The translations under genes and the position numbers were made by a program. From an uncultured Actinomycetes bacterium (GTDB lineage: Bacteria > Actinomycetota > Thermoleophilia > Solirubrobacterales > 70-9): a DNA stretch of 64,000 nucleotides. The notes beneath the pieces are model-generated. The model did not search any database and was not told the origin of the DNA. It worked only from the letters and a program-made list of their open reading frames with translations. Within the stretch, counting starts at the first letter, position 1. Each line of letters opens with the position of its first letter. This document shows positions 36,470 through 45,894 of this stretch, piece by piece. Where the stretch lies: the NCBI GenBank assembly GCA_963800355.1, contig CAWDAP010000002.1, positions 2,608 through 66,607 on the forward strand. The letters are read 5' to 3'.

Positions 36470-37786
36470 GTGACCGATCCATCGCTCAAGATGCTGGCCG
36501 TGGACGCGACCGCCCCGCCTTCGCAGGACCGCCGTCCGGTGCGGCTGCTGGTCCGCGACGACCTGAAGCGCAGCCGCGGCACCGTCTTCTTCCGCGTCAT
36601 CTTCGCCCTGCCGTTCCTGATCTGGCTCGCCGTCTGGGCGGTCGGGGCGTTCTTCGTCGCGATCGCCAACTGGATCTCGACGCTGATCGAGGGCGAATCG
36701 TCCGAGTCTCTGCACGAGTTCCTCGCCCGCTTCGTCCGCTACACGACGCAGGTCTACGCCTTCGCCAACCTCGCCGCCGAGCCACTGCCCGCCTTCGACG
36801 GCAAGTCCACGTACCCGGTCGACGTCGAGATCGACCCACCACAGCGGCAGAACCGCTGGACCGTCGGCTTCCGCATCGTCCTCGCGATCCCGGCGCTGGC
36901 GCTGCTCGGCGCCATCGCCGGCGGCAGCAGCCTCAGCGTCAACAACGTCGAACGGGGCGCCCTGCCGCTGCTCGCCCTCGCCGCGATCTTCGCCTGGTTC
37001 TACACGATGTTCCGGGGCCGGATGCCGCGCGGGCTGCGCGACCTGATCGCCTTCGCCCTCTCCTACGCCGCCCAGACCTGGGCCTACCTGCTGCTGCTCA
37101 CCGACCGCTATCCCTCGAGCGACCCGCTGAGCGCGATCGGCCCGCTGCCGACCCGCTCGGACCCGGTGCGGATGGAGGTCAGCGACGAGCTGCGCCGCAG
37201 CCGCCTCACCGTCTTCTTCCGGCTCGTCCTCGCCTTCCCCCACCTCGTCTGGCTCGCGCTCTGGAGCGTGCTGGCGCTGCTCGCGGCGATCGTCAACTGG
37301 TTCGCGACGCTCTTCGGCGGCCGCTCGCCGCAGAGGCTGCACCGCTTCCTTTCCCGCTTCGTGCGCTACGAGCTTCACGTCCTCGCCTTCCTCTACCTGG
37401 TCGGCAACCCGTTCCCGGGATTCGTCGGCGCGCCCGGGAGCTATCCGATCGAACTGCACGTCGCCGACCGGGCGAGGCAGAACCGCTGGACGGTCGGATT
37501 CCGGATCGTCCTCGCGATCCCGGCGCTCCTGCTCAGCAGCGCCTTCTCGCAGCTGCTGCTGGTGGTCGCCGTGCTCGGCTGGTTCGCCGGCCTGTTCACG
37601 GCGCGGATGCCGCTCGGGCTGCGCAACCTCGGCGCCCTGGCGCTGCGCTACAACGCCCAGACCCACGCCTACCTCCTGCTGCTGACCGGCGCCTACCCCT
37701 ACAGCGGCCCCTGCCTGGAAACCGCGCCGGCCGCGGCGAGCGCGGCGACGACTTCCCCACCCGGTTCGAGCACCCCGGCTGCATGA
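36470..37786 (+). CDS. integral membrane protein built from four DUF4389-like units (internal (A-B)x2 duplication)
   Basis: Two near-repeats: RSR(G/L)TVFFR..(A/L)(L/F)P(F/H)L(I/V)WLA.W......A..NW(I/F).TL, followed by QNRWTVGFRIVLAIPAL.L ... F.(G/A)RMP.GLR(D/N)L.A.AL.Y.AQT.AYLLLLT..YP. Confidence 0.65.
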   Translation: MTDPSLKMLAVDATAPPSQDRRPVRLLVRDDLKRSRGTVFFRVIFALPFLIWLAVWAVGAFFVAIANWISTLIEGESSESLHEFLARFVRYTTQVYAFANLAAEPLPAFDGKSTYPVDVEIDPPQRQNRWTVGFRIVLAIPALALLGAIAGGSSLSVNNVERGALPLLALAAIFAWFYTMFRGRMPRGLRDLIAFALSYAAQTWAYLLLLTDRYPSSDPLSAIGPLPTRSDPVRMEVSDELRRSRLTVFFRLVLAFPHLVWLALWSVLALLAAIVNWFATLFGGRSPQRLHRFLSRFVRYELHVLAFLYLVGNPFPGFVGAPGSYPIELHVADRARQNRWTVGFRIVLAIPALLLSSAFSQLLLVVAVLGWFAGLFTARMPLGLRNLGALALRYNAQTHAYLLLLTGAYPYSGPCLETAPAAASAATTSPPGSSTPAA

Positions 37787-39000
37787 GCCGGTCGGGGCGG
37801 CCGCCGTGGCCGGCGGCACTCGCGCTCCTGCTGGGGGCGGCGCTCTGGCTGTGGGCGGCGCGCGCGCTCTGGGACTCGACGGCGCCGCCCTCGCTCTCCC
37901 TCCCCCACCTCGACCCCCACCGCTACTTCGGCGACGCCTTCCTCGCCCGCAGCTCGACCTACGAGCGCTTCCTCGCGATCGAGGGGCTGCTGGCCTCGCT
38001 GACCGTGGTCGCCGTGCTCGCGGTCTACGCCCGCCGCGGCGCCCGGCTGGCGCGCGAGTCGGCGGCGGGCAGGGTCGGCACCGGGATGCTGCTGGCGATG
38101 CTCGGCTTCGCCGTCGTCTGGCTGGCCGAGGTCCCCTTCGGGCTGGCGGCGCTGTGGTGGCAGCGGCGCTACGGGGTCTCCCACCAGAGCTACCTCAGCC
38201 ACCTGCTCGAAAGCTTCCTCGGCCTCGGCGGCGAGTTCGTCTTCGTCTGCCTCGGGGTCGGGATCGTGATGGGCCTGGCGGGCTGGACGAGGCGCTGGTG
38301 GTGGCTGGCGGCGGTGCCGGTCCTGATCGCGCTGGCACTCCTCTTCAGCCTCGCCAGCCCCTACCTGCTGCCCGACACCGAACCCGTCCACAGCCGGACG
38401 CTGCAGGCCGAAGCGCGGGCGCTGGAGCGGATCGAGGGAGCGCCGCACGCGCGCCTGCGGGTCCAGAACGTCCACCGCTTCACCGACGCGCCCAATGCCG
38501 AGGCGCTGGGCCTCGGCCCGACGCGGACGATCGTCCTCTGGGACACCCTCCTGCGCGACGGCTTCGACCGCCGCGAAGTCCGCTTCGTCGTCGCCCACGA
38601 GGTCGGCCACCTCGCCCACGACGACCCGCTGAAGCTGCTCGGCTGGCTGACCCTCTTCCTCCTCCCGGCATGGGCCCTCGTCGCCCTCTTCACCCGCCGC
38701 CGCGGCGGCCTCCACCGCGCCGAGGCGGTGCCGGTCGCCCTCCTCGTCCTCGTCGCCTTCCAGCTCCTGGCGACGCCGCTCCTCAACATCGTCGGCCGCC
38801 GGGTCGAGGCCGCCGCCGACTGGGCCGCCCTCGAAGCGACCGACGAACCGGCGACCGGCAAGGCCGTGATGCGCAAGCTGGCGACCAAGAGCCTCGCCAA
38901 CCCCGACCCGCCGGCCTGGACCTACGTCCTCTACGAAAACCACCCGACGATCATGCGGCGGATCGCGATGGCGCAGGCCTGGGAGGAAGGGCGGCGATAG
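37783..39000 (+). CDS. M48-family (Ste24/HtpX-like) zinc metallopeptidase, membrane
   Basis: Multiple TM segments and an HEVGH zinc motif (FVVAHEVGHLAHDD). The ATG overlaps the DUF4389 stop (ATGA). Confidence 0.75.
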   Translation: MSRSGRPPWPAALALLLGAALWLWAARALWDSTAPPSLSLPHLDPHRYFGDAFLARSSTYERFLAIEGLLASLTVVAVLAVYARRGARLARESAAGRVGTGMLLAMLGFAVVWLAEVPFGLAALWWQRRYGVSHQSYLSHLLESFLGLGGEFVFVCLGVGIVMGLAGWTRRWWWLAAVPVLIALALLFSLASPYLLPDTEPVHSRTLQAEARALERIEGAPHARLRVQNVHRFTDAPNAEALGLGPTRTIVLWDTLLRDGFDRREVRFVVAHEVGHLAHDDPLKLLGWLTLFLLPAWALVALFTRRRGGLHRAEAVPVALLVLVAFQLLATPLLNIVGRRVEAAADWAALEATDEPATGKAVMRKLATKSLANPDPPAWTYVLYENHPTIMRRIAMAQAWEEGRR

Positions 39001-39005
39001 GCCGC

Positions 39006-42000
39006 CTAGCGGCGGGCCTTGAACTCCATCTGCCGCCAGAACTCCCGCATCCGCCGCTGGCTGATGCTGCGCTGCCAGGAGGGCCGCAGGCCGTGGGCGA
39101 TCCGGCGCTGGCCGCGGGCGAAGACGCGGCCGACGCCGCGGTGCTCTTCGGGCTCGTCCGGGGAGGCCGCGCGATAGGGGCAGAAGCCCCAGCCACAGTG
39201 CTTCGGACAGCCGGTGCCAAGGATCTCGTGCCGGTTCTTGCTGCCGCTCAGGCAGTAGGGCAACTCCTCCATGTGGCCGAAGCCGCCGCGGCAATCGGGC
39301 GGGCTGCCCTCCTTGAGGTCGATGAGGACCGCGACGTCCCCCAGCAGCTGCGCCGTCTGGTGGTCGAGCCAGGCGGGCAGCCGGCCGCCGTCCTCGACGT
39401 CGTCGCTCCAGATGAAAGCGACCCAGCGATCCCTGCCGATCTGCGCCCGCCGCAGGCCGCTGCGGGCGAGCTTGGTCGCCTGGCGCACCAGCGGGTGGCG
39501 CTCGCGGCTTCCGTGCAGCCGGTAGGCCAGCAGGTCGAGGGTGTCCTCGGTGCTCTTCCCCGCGACCGCGTACAGCACCAGCGCCTGGTACAGCAACATC
39601 CGCGCGTACCAGGACCCGGCGTTGGGGATCGCCACGTCGGCGACCAGGCGGCGGTTGCTCGCCACCCAGCCGGGGCCGGTGATCTCCCTCGCGGGGTGCG
39701 ACGCGTGGCGCATCGCGTCCGCCTTGAACCCCTGGGCGAGCGCGTCCTCGAGCGGGTGATGGCAGCCTTCGTAGGCGATTGCGGTGAGGCTCTCGAGCTG
39801 GTTGCGGGATTTATGCAGCAGAGCCTCAGGCTCGTCTCCGCGTTTGGCATTGGCGCCGGTCGGAGGCGGAATCGAGTCGGAGTCGCCGTCCCCGGAGCCC
39901 TCGATCCGCATCTCCTCGCTGAGGCCGCTGACGATCGCCGGCAGGACCCAGCCCAGCGCCTCGAACTGCTTTGCGCTCATCCGGGGCCAGCTCACATCGT
40001 CGTCGCTGCCGTCGAGGGGCTTGCCGCGGCGCGTCCGGTCACCCGCCTTCATCAGCAGCTCGTCGATCTCCCGGCAGATGGACGGGAAGGCGAACCAGGC
40101 GCTTTCTTCCAGCCGGCGCCCGGCGGCCCGCCTCACCTCGTAATCGGCGTCGACGGTGAAGCAGTGCCACAGGACGGTCCAGCACCTGCTCCCACCGAGC
40201 GCCGCGATCGCCGGCAGCGCTTCCAGCTTCGTCCAGCGCATCGCCCCTTCGTTGCCCTCGAACCCGTCCAAGATCTCGTTCACGCGCTTCCTGTGCCGTT
40301 CAGACGATGTTCCGGAAGAGCCCTGAGGCCGCAGCAGCGCCGCGATGTTCGCCGCCGTGGTCAGCTTGATCATCTGGTCGTCGGGGTCACGGCGCTCCCC
40401 CGGATCGGGCGCGGCCAGGGGGTCGAGCTGTTCGAGGACCTCTGTCCGGCGGCCTTTCCCGGGTTTCCGGCCCCGGCCCTCGAGACCGGCCTCCGGTGCG
40501 GCGTCCGAGTCACCGCACAACCCCCTGCGGAGCCGTTCGACCAGATCCGAGCAGCAAAGGGCGCGTTCCTGGCCTTCCCCGCGGGCGTCCTCGACGAGGC
40601 GGTCGACGATGCGGTCGGCCAGCTCACCCCAGCCGCCTGCCGGGTCCTTGCGGGACCGCTCGTCGGCGTCGACGGCGGCGAAGACGAGGGCGAGGTGGGC
40701 GGTCAGTTTCTCGGGGTGATGCTTGTCGAGCAGCGTCGTGAGCCACTGTTCGAAGGTCTTGACTTCGGTTTCCTCTGTGCAGCGGGCGGTGTCCAGCCCA
40801 CCGAGCGCCTCCATCTCGTCGCGGCCCAGCCTCGCCAGCCGTCGCCCGGCGAGGAACGCCTGCATGATCCGGTGCCGGAACTGCGGCTCGCCGCCGCGGT
40901 CCCGCTCGAGGATCCGCAGCCGCTCGCCCGTGTCTATCGCCTCGTGCTGGGAGATCGCCTTGCGGCGCCTGACGTTTCCGGCGCCGGGGACGAACACGCG
41001 ACGATCGTCGGGGTCGATGAAGTCGACGAGCCCCGTCCGCCGCGGCCTACCGATCCGCGTCGCCGCCGGTTCCTCACCGTGCCGGGCCGTCGATCGCGCC
41101 TCCAGCGCCGCGGCGGCGATCGTTCCGAGAGCGGCCGCTTCGAGGGCGCCGACGCTCCGCTTGCGGTCCTCCGGGTCGATCGCCAGGCTGCGCCTCACCT
41201 TGCCGGCGACGATCTGCGCGTAGAAATCGCTGAGGAGCCGGTAGCGGACCCAGAGCGGATTCCACACGGTGCGCTGCCGGGAGAGCCGGCGGCGTCGGCC
41301 GGGCCGCTCCGGCTCCCCCCACCGGTCCGGATCTTCCGGCAGATCGGGACAGGACTCGGCCGCGGTCATCTCCGTCAGCGCTTCCAGGTAAAGCGGCGCT
41401 TCGGCGAGGCTCCCCGCCCTGATCCAGCGCTCGATCCGCCCCTGGGGCGGCTCGGCCGGCGCCTCCGTCCCCGGCTCGGCGAGCTTCGGTTCGGCGACGA
41501 TCTTGACGCTGGTCTCGAACCCGAGCGGTTCGAGCCGGATCGAGGACGCGGCGATGCCGGCAGGGACCCCGGCGGGCCGCGCGGTGACGATCACCGGCTG
41601 TCCCTCGGTTGCGAGGCTCTCGAGCAGTCGCCTGATCGCGAAACCGGGCTCCCCGTCGAAGCCGATCTGGTCGACGTCGTCGATCAGGATCACCACCCGC
41701 TGGCGCCGGCAGAGCCAGCGCCAGACGAGGTCGGCCTCCCCGTCGGCCCGCAGCTTCGGGCGGACCTGCTGCGCGAAGCGCGCCTTGGCGACCTCGAACA
41801 GGTCCGCGCTCGTCGTCTGCCCGCGCAGCTCCAGCAGCACCGGGACGAAGCCGATCTTCGCCAGCAGCCCCGCCATGTCCAGCAGAGCGGTCGTCTTCCC
41901 CCCGCCGGGCACGCCGACGATGATCTGCACGTCCTTCTGGCGGCGCGACAGCACGCCCGGGAGCAGTTCGTCGTAGAGGTCGTCGCGCGGGACCGTGTTG

Positions 42001-42584
42001 ACCGGCGGTTCCAGCTCGACGATCTGGTTCTCCTGCTTGGCGATCGTCATCCGCAGCAGCGCTTCGGGCTCGTCGATGAGGCGGCGGCGTATCCGCCAGG
42101 CCGTGTAGGGGCTCTTGAGGCCGTCGTGCCAGAGGGAGGCAACCAGCGCCGCGAACGAGCCGCCCAGAGCCCAACCGAGGATCCACTTCGCCGATTCCTG
42201 GGCAAACGCGGACCCACCGGCCCCGAAGAAGCCGGAGATCTTGCCGACGGCCGACGGGGTGAACAGCGCCCACGAGCACAGCGCCACCAGCACGCCCCAA
42301 ACCAGGACCCAGGGGGTGATCGTGTACCACGGGTGGTAGAGCTTGACGCGGCTCCCCCACCGGCCCGGCCACCTGTGCGAATCGGTGAGGCGCCGCCACA
42401 CGCCCCCGACCAGCTCCGCGACCCTGACCCACACCAGCGCCAGCCACCGGGCCAGCTTCCGCAGCCGCGGCAGGCTCACATTCTCGACGCTGTGGTACCT
42501 CGTCCGCTGGTCGCCGGTGACCCCCGCGATGTGCTCGAGGGCTGCGCCGTTCACGTCATCGTCGCGCGACACCGATACCGGCAC
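39006..42584 (-). CDS. membrane-anchored NACHT/STAND P-loop NTPase with helical-repeat and Cys-rich C-terminal regions
   Basis: 1192 aa. Two to three N-terminal hydrophobic helices (ITPWVLVWGVLVALCSWALF; WILGWALGGSFAALVASLW). Walker A is IVGVPGGGKTT and Walker B is VVILIDDVDQ. HEAT-like segments follow (..ALPAIAALGGSR...DYEVRRAAGRRLEE). The C-terminal Cys cluster is DC..(17)..YC..(13)..GCPKHCGWGFCPY. Confidence 0.7.
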   Translation of the reverse strand: MPVSVSRDDDVNGAALEHIAGVTGDQRTRYHSVENVSLPRLRKLARWLALVWVRVAELVGGVWRRLTDSHRWPGRWGSRVKLYHPWYTITPWVLVWGVLVALCSWALFTPSAVGKISGFFGAGGSAFAQESAKWILGWALGGSFAALVASLWHDGLKSPYTAWRIRRRLIDEPEALLRMTIAKQENQIVELEPPVNTVPRDDLYDELLPGVLSRRQKDVQIIVGVPGGGKTTALLDMAGLLAKIGFVPVLLELRGQTTSADLFEVAKARFAQQVRPKLRADGEADLVWRWLCRRQRVVILIDDVDQIGFDGEPGFAIRRLLESLATEGQPVIVTARPAGVPAGIAASSIRLEPLGFETSVKIVAEPKLAEPGTEAPAEPPQGRIERWIRAGSLAEAPLYLEALTEMTAAESCPDLPEDPDRWGEPERPGRRRRLSRQRTVWNPLWVRYRLLSDFYAQIVAGKVRRSLAIDPEDRKRSVGALEAAALGTIAAAALEARSTARHGEEPAATRIGRPRRTGLVDFIDPDDRRVFVPGAGNVRRRKAISQHEAIDTGERLRILERDRGGEPQFRHRIMQAFLAGRRLARLGRDEMEALGGLDTARCTEETEVKTFEQWLTTLLDKHHPEKLTAHLALVFAAVDADERSRKDPAGGWGELADRIVDRLVEDARGEGQERALCCSDLVERLRRGLCGDSDAAPEAGLEGRGRKPGKGRRTEVLEQLDPLAAPDPGERRDPDDQMIKLTTAANIAALLRPQGSSGTSSERHRKRVNEILDGFEGNEGAMRWTKLEALPAIAALGGSRCWTVLWHCFTVDADYEVRRAAGRRLEESAWFAFPSICREIDELLMKAGDRTRRGKPLDGSDDDVSWPRMSAKQFEALGWVLPAIVSGLSEEMRIEGSGDGDSDSIPPPTGANAKRGDEPEALLHKSRNQLESLTAIAYEGCHHPLEDALAQGFKADAMRHASHPAREITGPGWVASNRRLVADVAIPNAGSWYARMLLYQALVLYAVAGKSTEDTLDLLAYRLHGSRERHPLVRQATKLARSGLRRAQIGRDRWVAFIWSDDVEDGGRLPAWLDHQTAQLLGDVAVLIDLKEGSPPDCRGGFGHMEELPYCLSGSKNRHEILGTGCPKHCGWGFCPYRAASPDEPEEHRGVGRVFARGQRRIAHGLRPSWQRSISQRRMREFWRQMEFKARR

Positions 42585-42764
42585 TCCCGATCTCCTCCCG
42601 AGGACCTTGCCAAGACCGCGCCTCTCGCCTCCCTCGGCAGCCAGTTATGGCCAGGGGCAGCTGAGGTATTTATGAATACTCTCACTCAGGTTAAGCGAAA
42701 CTGTCCTGCTGGGCAAGGAACCTGCCCTGCGCCCAGGCGGGAAGGCGGGGGGAGGGTCAGGAAA

Positions 42765-43982
42765 TCAGGCGATCGACCACGCGTGCCTCGCCTCGTAGCC
42801 GACCGTGCTGCCCTTGAGGGCGCGGACGTGAAAGACCTTGCGGCCGGGCCGCAGGTGGGCGTAGCGCTTCGGCGAGGTGCAAGCGCGCCATCGGCGCAGC
42901 GGCGGCGGCACCCGCACACCGCTGAGCCGGCAGGAGAAGCGGGCGCCGCGCAGGCGCGAGCGGAAGCGAAAGGTGGCGGAGCGCTTCGTCGTCCGCCGTC
43001 CGACCGAGGCGGAGAGGCGCGGCGGCCCGGGGATCAGCCGCGGCGGCGGGCCGTCGTACCACTGGGTGAGGAACTGGCCCTCGGCGGTGAATTTCTGCAC
43101 CCTGACGTGGCCTTCGCCGGGGTACGGTTCGGCCATGTCGACGACGTAGACGTAGCCGGCCGGGTCGGTGGCGACGGAGGTCGGGGTGTAGAAGCGGCCG
43201 GGACCGCGACCTGGGCCGCCCCATGCGCCGAGGAATTCGCCGCCTTCGCTGAACCGCTCGATCCGCGCGTTGACCGTATCGGCGACGTACACCTCGCCGC
43301 TGCCGCCGACGGCGATCCCGTAGGGGTAGACGAACTGGCCCTTGCCCCTGCCGTAGCTCCCCCACTGCCGGACCAGGGCGCCTTCCGGGGTGAAGACGTC
43401 GATCCGGTTGCCGTAGGTGTCGACGACGTAGACCAAACCGGAGGGGCCGGTGTCGATTCCCCACACTTCGCCGAACAGCCTCTTTCCCGCCGGGCCTTCT
43501 TCACCCCACCTGGTCAGCAGCGTGCCGTCGGGAGAGAAGCGCAGTACCTCGTGCGGCCCGGCCATGTAGACGCTGCCGCCGGGGCCGACGGCGAGATCGC
43601 GTCCCTGCCGGGCCGCCCAATGCCGGAGCACGCTGCCGTCGGGCGCCAGCACCCAGATCGTTTCGCCCTCGCCGTCGTCGACGTAGAGGTTGGCGACCCC
43701 GTCCGCGGCGACGCCGCGCGGGAAGAACGGGTTGCCTGAGGTCGGGAACTGCCCCAGGTTCGCCAGCAGGGTCCCGTCGCCCGAGTACTCCTGGACGGCG
43801 CCGCTGGTCAGCGGGCTGGAAACGTACACATGGCCGGCGCTGTCGGTTGCAACCGAGATCGGGATCGGCTCGAATCCGACCGCGGCCGCGGTGCTGACGA
43901 CGGCAAGCGCGGCGCCGGTGCCGACCGCCAGCGCCGCCGCAAACCTCCTGACAGCCGCACGCTTCCTGGCAAGGGGAGCCAT
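42765..43982 (-). CDS. secreted NHL-repeat (6-bladed beta-propeller) protein
   Basis: Signal peptide (MAPLARKRAAVRRFAAALAVGTGAALAVV) and six NHL-like repeats (..G.F..P.GIAVGGSGEVYVADT.N.RI..F). A basic C-terminal domain carries a Cys pair. Confidence 0.75.
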   Translation of the reverse strand: MAPLARKRAAVRRFAAALAVGTGAALAVVSTAAAVGFEPIPISVATDSAGHVYVSSPLTSGAVQEYSGDGTLLANLGQFPTSGNPFFPRGVAADGVANLYVDDGEGETIWVLAPDGSVLRHWAARQGRDLAVGPGGSVYMAGPHEVLRFSPDGTLLTRWGEEGPAGKRLFGEVWGIDTGPSGLVYVVDTYGNRIDVFTPEGALVRQWGSYGRGKGQFVYPYGIAVGGSGEVYVADTVNARIERFSEGGEFLGAWGGPGRGPGRFYTPTSVATDPAGYVYVVDMAEPYPGEGHVRVQKFTAEGQFLTQWYDGPPPRLIPGPPRLSASVGRRTTKRSATFRFRSRLRGARFSCRLSGVRVPPPLRRWRACTSPKRYAHLRPGRKVFHVRALKGSTVGYEARHAWSIA

Positions 43983-44093
43983 GAACGCCAGCGTCCCAGC
44001 GGTGCGAACCGCAGTCAACCCTTCCTGCCTGGCGTTCGACCCCCGTGCGGAAACCCCGCCTCTCCTCCCTCGGCACCTCGAACGCATCATCCT

Positions 44094-45374
44094 GTGGTCG
44101 TGGCCGACCGTCCCGCTCGATTCGACCTCAGCGCCGAGGAGGCGCGGCGCCTTGCGATCGCCGCGCAAGGGTTCGGGCGGGCGCGGCCGAGCGGCCGGGT
44201 CGACGCGCGGCACCTGCGGCGGGCGATCGACGACGTCGGGCTGCTGCAGCTCGACTCGGTCAACGTCTTCTGCCGCTCCCACTACATGCCGCTCTTCTCG
44301 CGCCTGGGGCCGTATCCGCGGCAGGCTCTGGACACGCTCGCCTGGCACGAGAACGGCGACGGGACGAGCCGGCGGGCGCGGCGCCGGGACCTGATCGAGT
44401 ACTGGGGGCACGAAGCCTCGCTGCTGCCGGTCGAGCTGCAGCCACTGCTGCGCTGGCGGATGGCCAGGGCGGACTCGCTGGCATGGAAGGGCGTGCGGCG
44501 GATCGCCGCCGAGCAACCGCAGCTGCTCGAGTTCGTCCTCGGGATGGTGCGGGAGCGCGGCCCGCTCCGCGCCTCGGACCTGGCGGCGAAGGGCCGGCGG
44601 CGGGAGCCGGGCGAGATGTGGAGCTGGAGCGAAGAGAAGACCGCGCTCGAGTACCTGTTCTACGCCGGCAGGCTCTGCGCCGCCCACCGGCTCAACTTCG
44701 AGCGCCACTACGACCTGCCCGAGCGGGTGCTGCCGCGCCACGTCCTCGAGGCGCCGACGCCCTCGCAGGAGGAGGCGCAGCGGCAGCTGCTGCTGATCGC
44801 CGCCGCGCGCCTGGGCGTCGCGACCGAGGCCGACCTCGGCGACTACTTCCGCCTCCCCCGCCGCGAGTCGAAGGCCCGCGTCGCCGAGCTCGCCGAGGGC
44901 GAAGACCTGTTCCCGGTCCAGGTCGAGGGCTGGCGGCAGCCCGCCTACCTCGCGGCCGAGCGCCCCGCCGGCCTGCGACAAGCCGCGAACGCCCGAGCCC
45001 TGCTCACCCCCTTCGACTCCCTCGTCTGGGCGCGCGAGCGCACCGAGCGCCTCTTCGGCTTCCGCTACCGGATCGAGATCTACACCCCGGCCCCCAAGCG
45101 CGTCCACGGCTACTACGTCCTCCCCTTCCTCCTCGGCGGCCGCCTCGTCGCCCGCGTCGACCTCAAGAGCGACCGCCAGGCCGGCGTCCTCCAGGTCCGC
45201 GGCTCCTTCGCCGAGCCGGGCGCCGACCCCGCCCGCGTCGCCGAGGAGCTGGCGGCGGAACTCCGCCTGCTCAGCGACTGGCTCGGCCTCGGCGGCATCT
45301 CGGTCGGCCGCAAAGGCGACCTCTCCGCGCCGTTGCGGAAGGCATTGCGATTCCCTATCGGGATCGGTCCTTAG
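44094..45374 (+). CDS. YcaQ-family winged-helix protein (putative DNA-crosslink glycosylase, DUF1006)
   Basis: LSAEEARRLAIAAQGF...VGLLQLDSVNVFCRSHYMPLFSRLGPY ... EIYTPAPKRVHGYYVLPFL.GGRLVARVDLK. I chose a GTG start. The last 7 codons and the stop lie inside the MITE copy. Confidence 0.75.
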   Translation: MVVADRPARFDLSAEEARRLAIAAQGFGRARPSGRVDARHLRRAIDDVGLLQLDSVNVFCRSHYMPLFSRLGPYPRQALDTLAWHENGDGTSRRARRRDLIEYWGHEASLLPVELQPLLRWRMARADSLAWKGVRRIAAEQPQLLEFVLGMVRERGPLRASDLAAKGRRREPGEMWSWSEEKTALEYLFYAGRLCAAHRLNFERHYDLPERVLPRHVLEAPTPSQEEAQRQLLLIAAARLGVATEADLGDYFRLPRRESKARVAELAEGEDLFPVQVEGWRQPAYLAAERPAGLRQAANARALLTPFDSLVWARERTERLFGFRYRIEIYTPAPKRVHGYYVLPFLLGGRLVARVDLKSDRQAGVLQVRGSFAEPGADPARVAEELAAELRLLSDWLGLGGISVGRKGDLSAPLRKALRFPIGIGP

Positions 45375-45538
45375 TGACTATCCGAAAACCCCCACGCACG
45401 TCTGGCGGCGCCGCACACACTTCGCGGGGCGGCGTCCTCGGTCGGCCAAATGGCGCTGCCATTCGGCCTCCCTGCGTCCTACCCCCGCTCGGTGCGGCAC
45501 TCGCCAGCCGCACGCGCGGGTTTTCGGATAGTCACTTA
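45353..45538. repeat. MITE-like element type A (copy 2, inverted relative to 3965-4150) plus a solo type-B end
   Basis: The reverse complement of 45353-45538 aligns almost base-for-base with 3965-4150. The terminal inverted repeats are AGTGACTATCCGAAAACCC / GGGTTTTCGGATAGTCACT. Confidence 0.85.
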
Positions 45539-45575
45539 GCGCCGGGCCGCAGCGAACCCGCCTTCAGGGGAGAAT

Positions 45576-45836
45576 GTGCCGATGCCGCAACCGCGCCGCC
45601 AGGGACAGCGAAGAGAGCCACAGGACTACGGTTGGGTGATCTCCTTCGGCTGCAAGAACGCCGGCACCCTCCGCCGGCTCAAGGTCGACACGGATCCCTC
45701 CCCCGACACCAGCCCCATCGAGGTCCCCTGCCCCTGCGGCGAAACCCACCGCGTCACCGTCTCGCCCTACCGCCGCCGCCGCTCCGCCGAGGAGTCGTTC
45801 GACCTCCAGGTCGGCTCGCTCGACGAGCTCCGCTAG
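45576..45836 (+). CDS. small hypothetical Cys-containing protein (86 aa)
   Basis: ATG-initiated ORF with gene-like GC3 and CPC/C motifs. No family recognised. Confidence 0.35.
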   Translation: MPMPQPRRQGQRREPQDYGWVISFGCKNAGTLRRLKVDTDPSPDTSPIEVPCPCGETHRVTVSPYRRRRSAEESFDLQVGSLDELR

Positions 45837-45894
45837 ACCGGGGTCGCATGCACTCATCGGCTGCCTGCGTGGACGAACGCGCCGTTCGGTCCCC

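Noticed and set aside
37806-43739. 1977-aa plus-strand ORF, the longest in the track
   Set aside because: It is a shadow frame. It is extremely R/P/A/G-rich and low in complexity, with no family motifs. It runs antisense across the motif-supported M48, NACHT and NHL genes. Long stop-free antisense frames are expected at this GC content.
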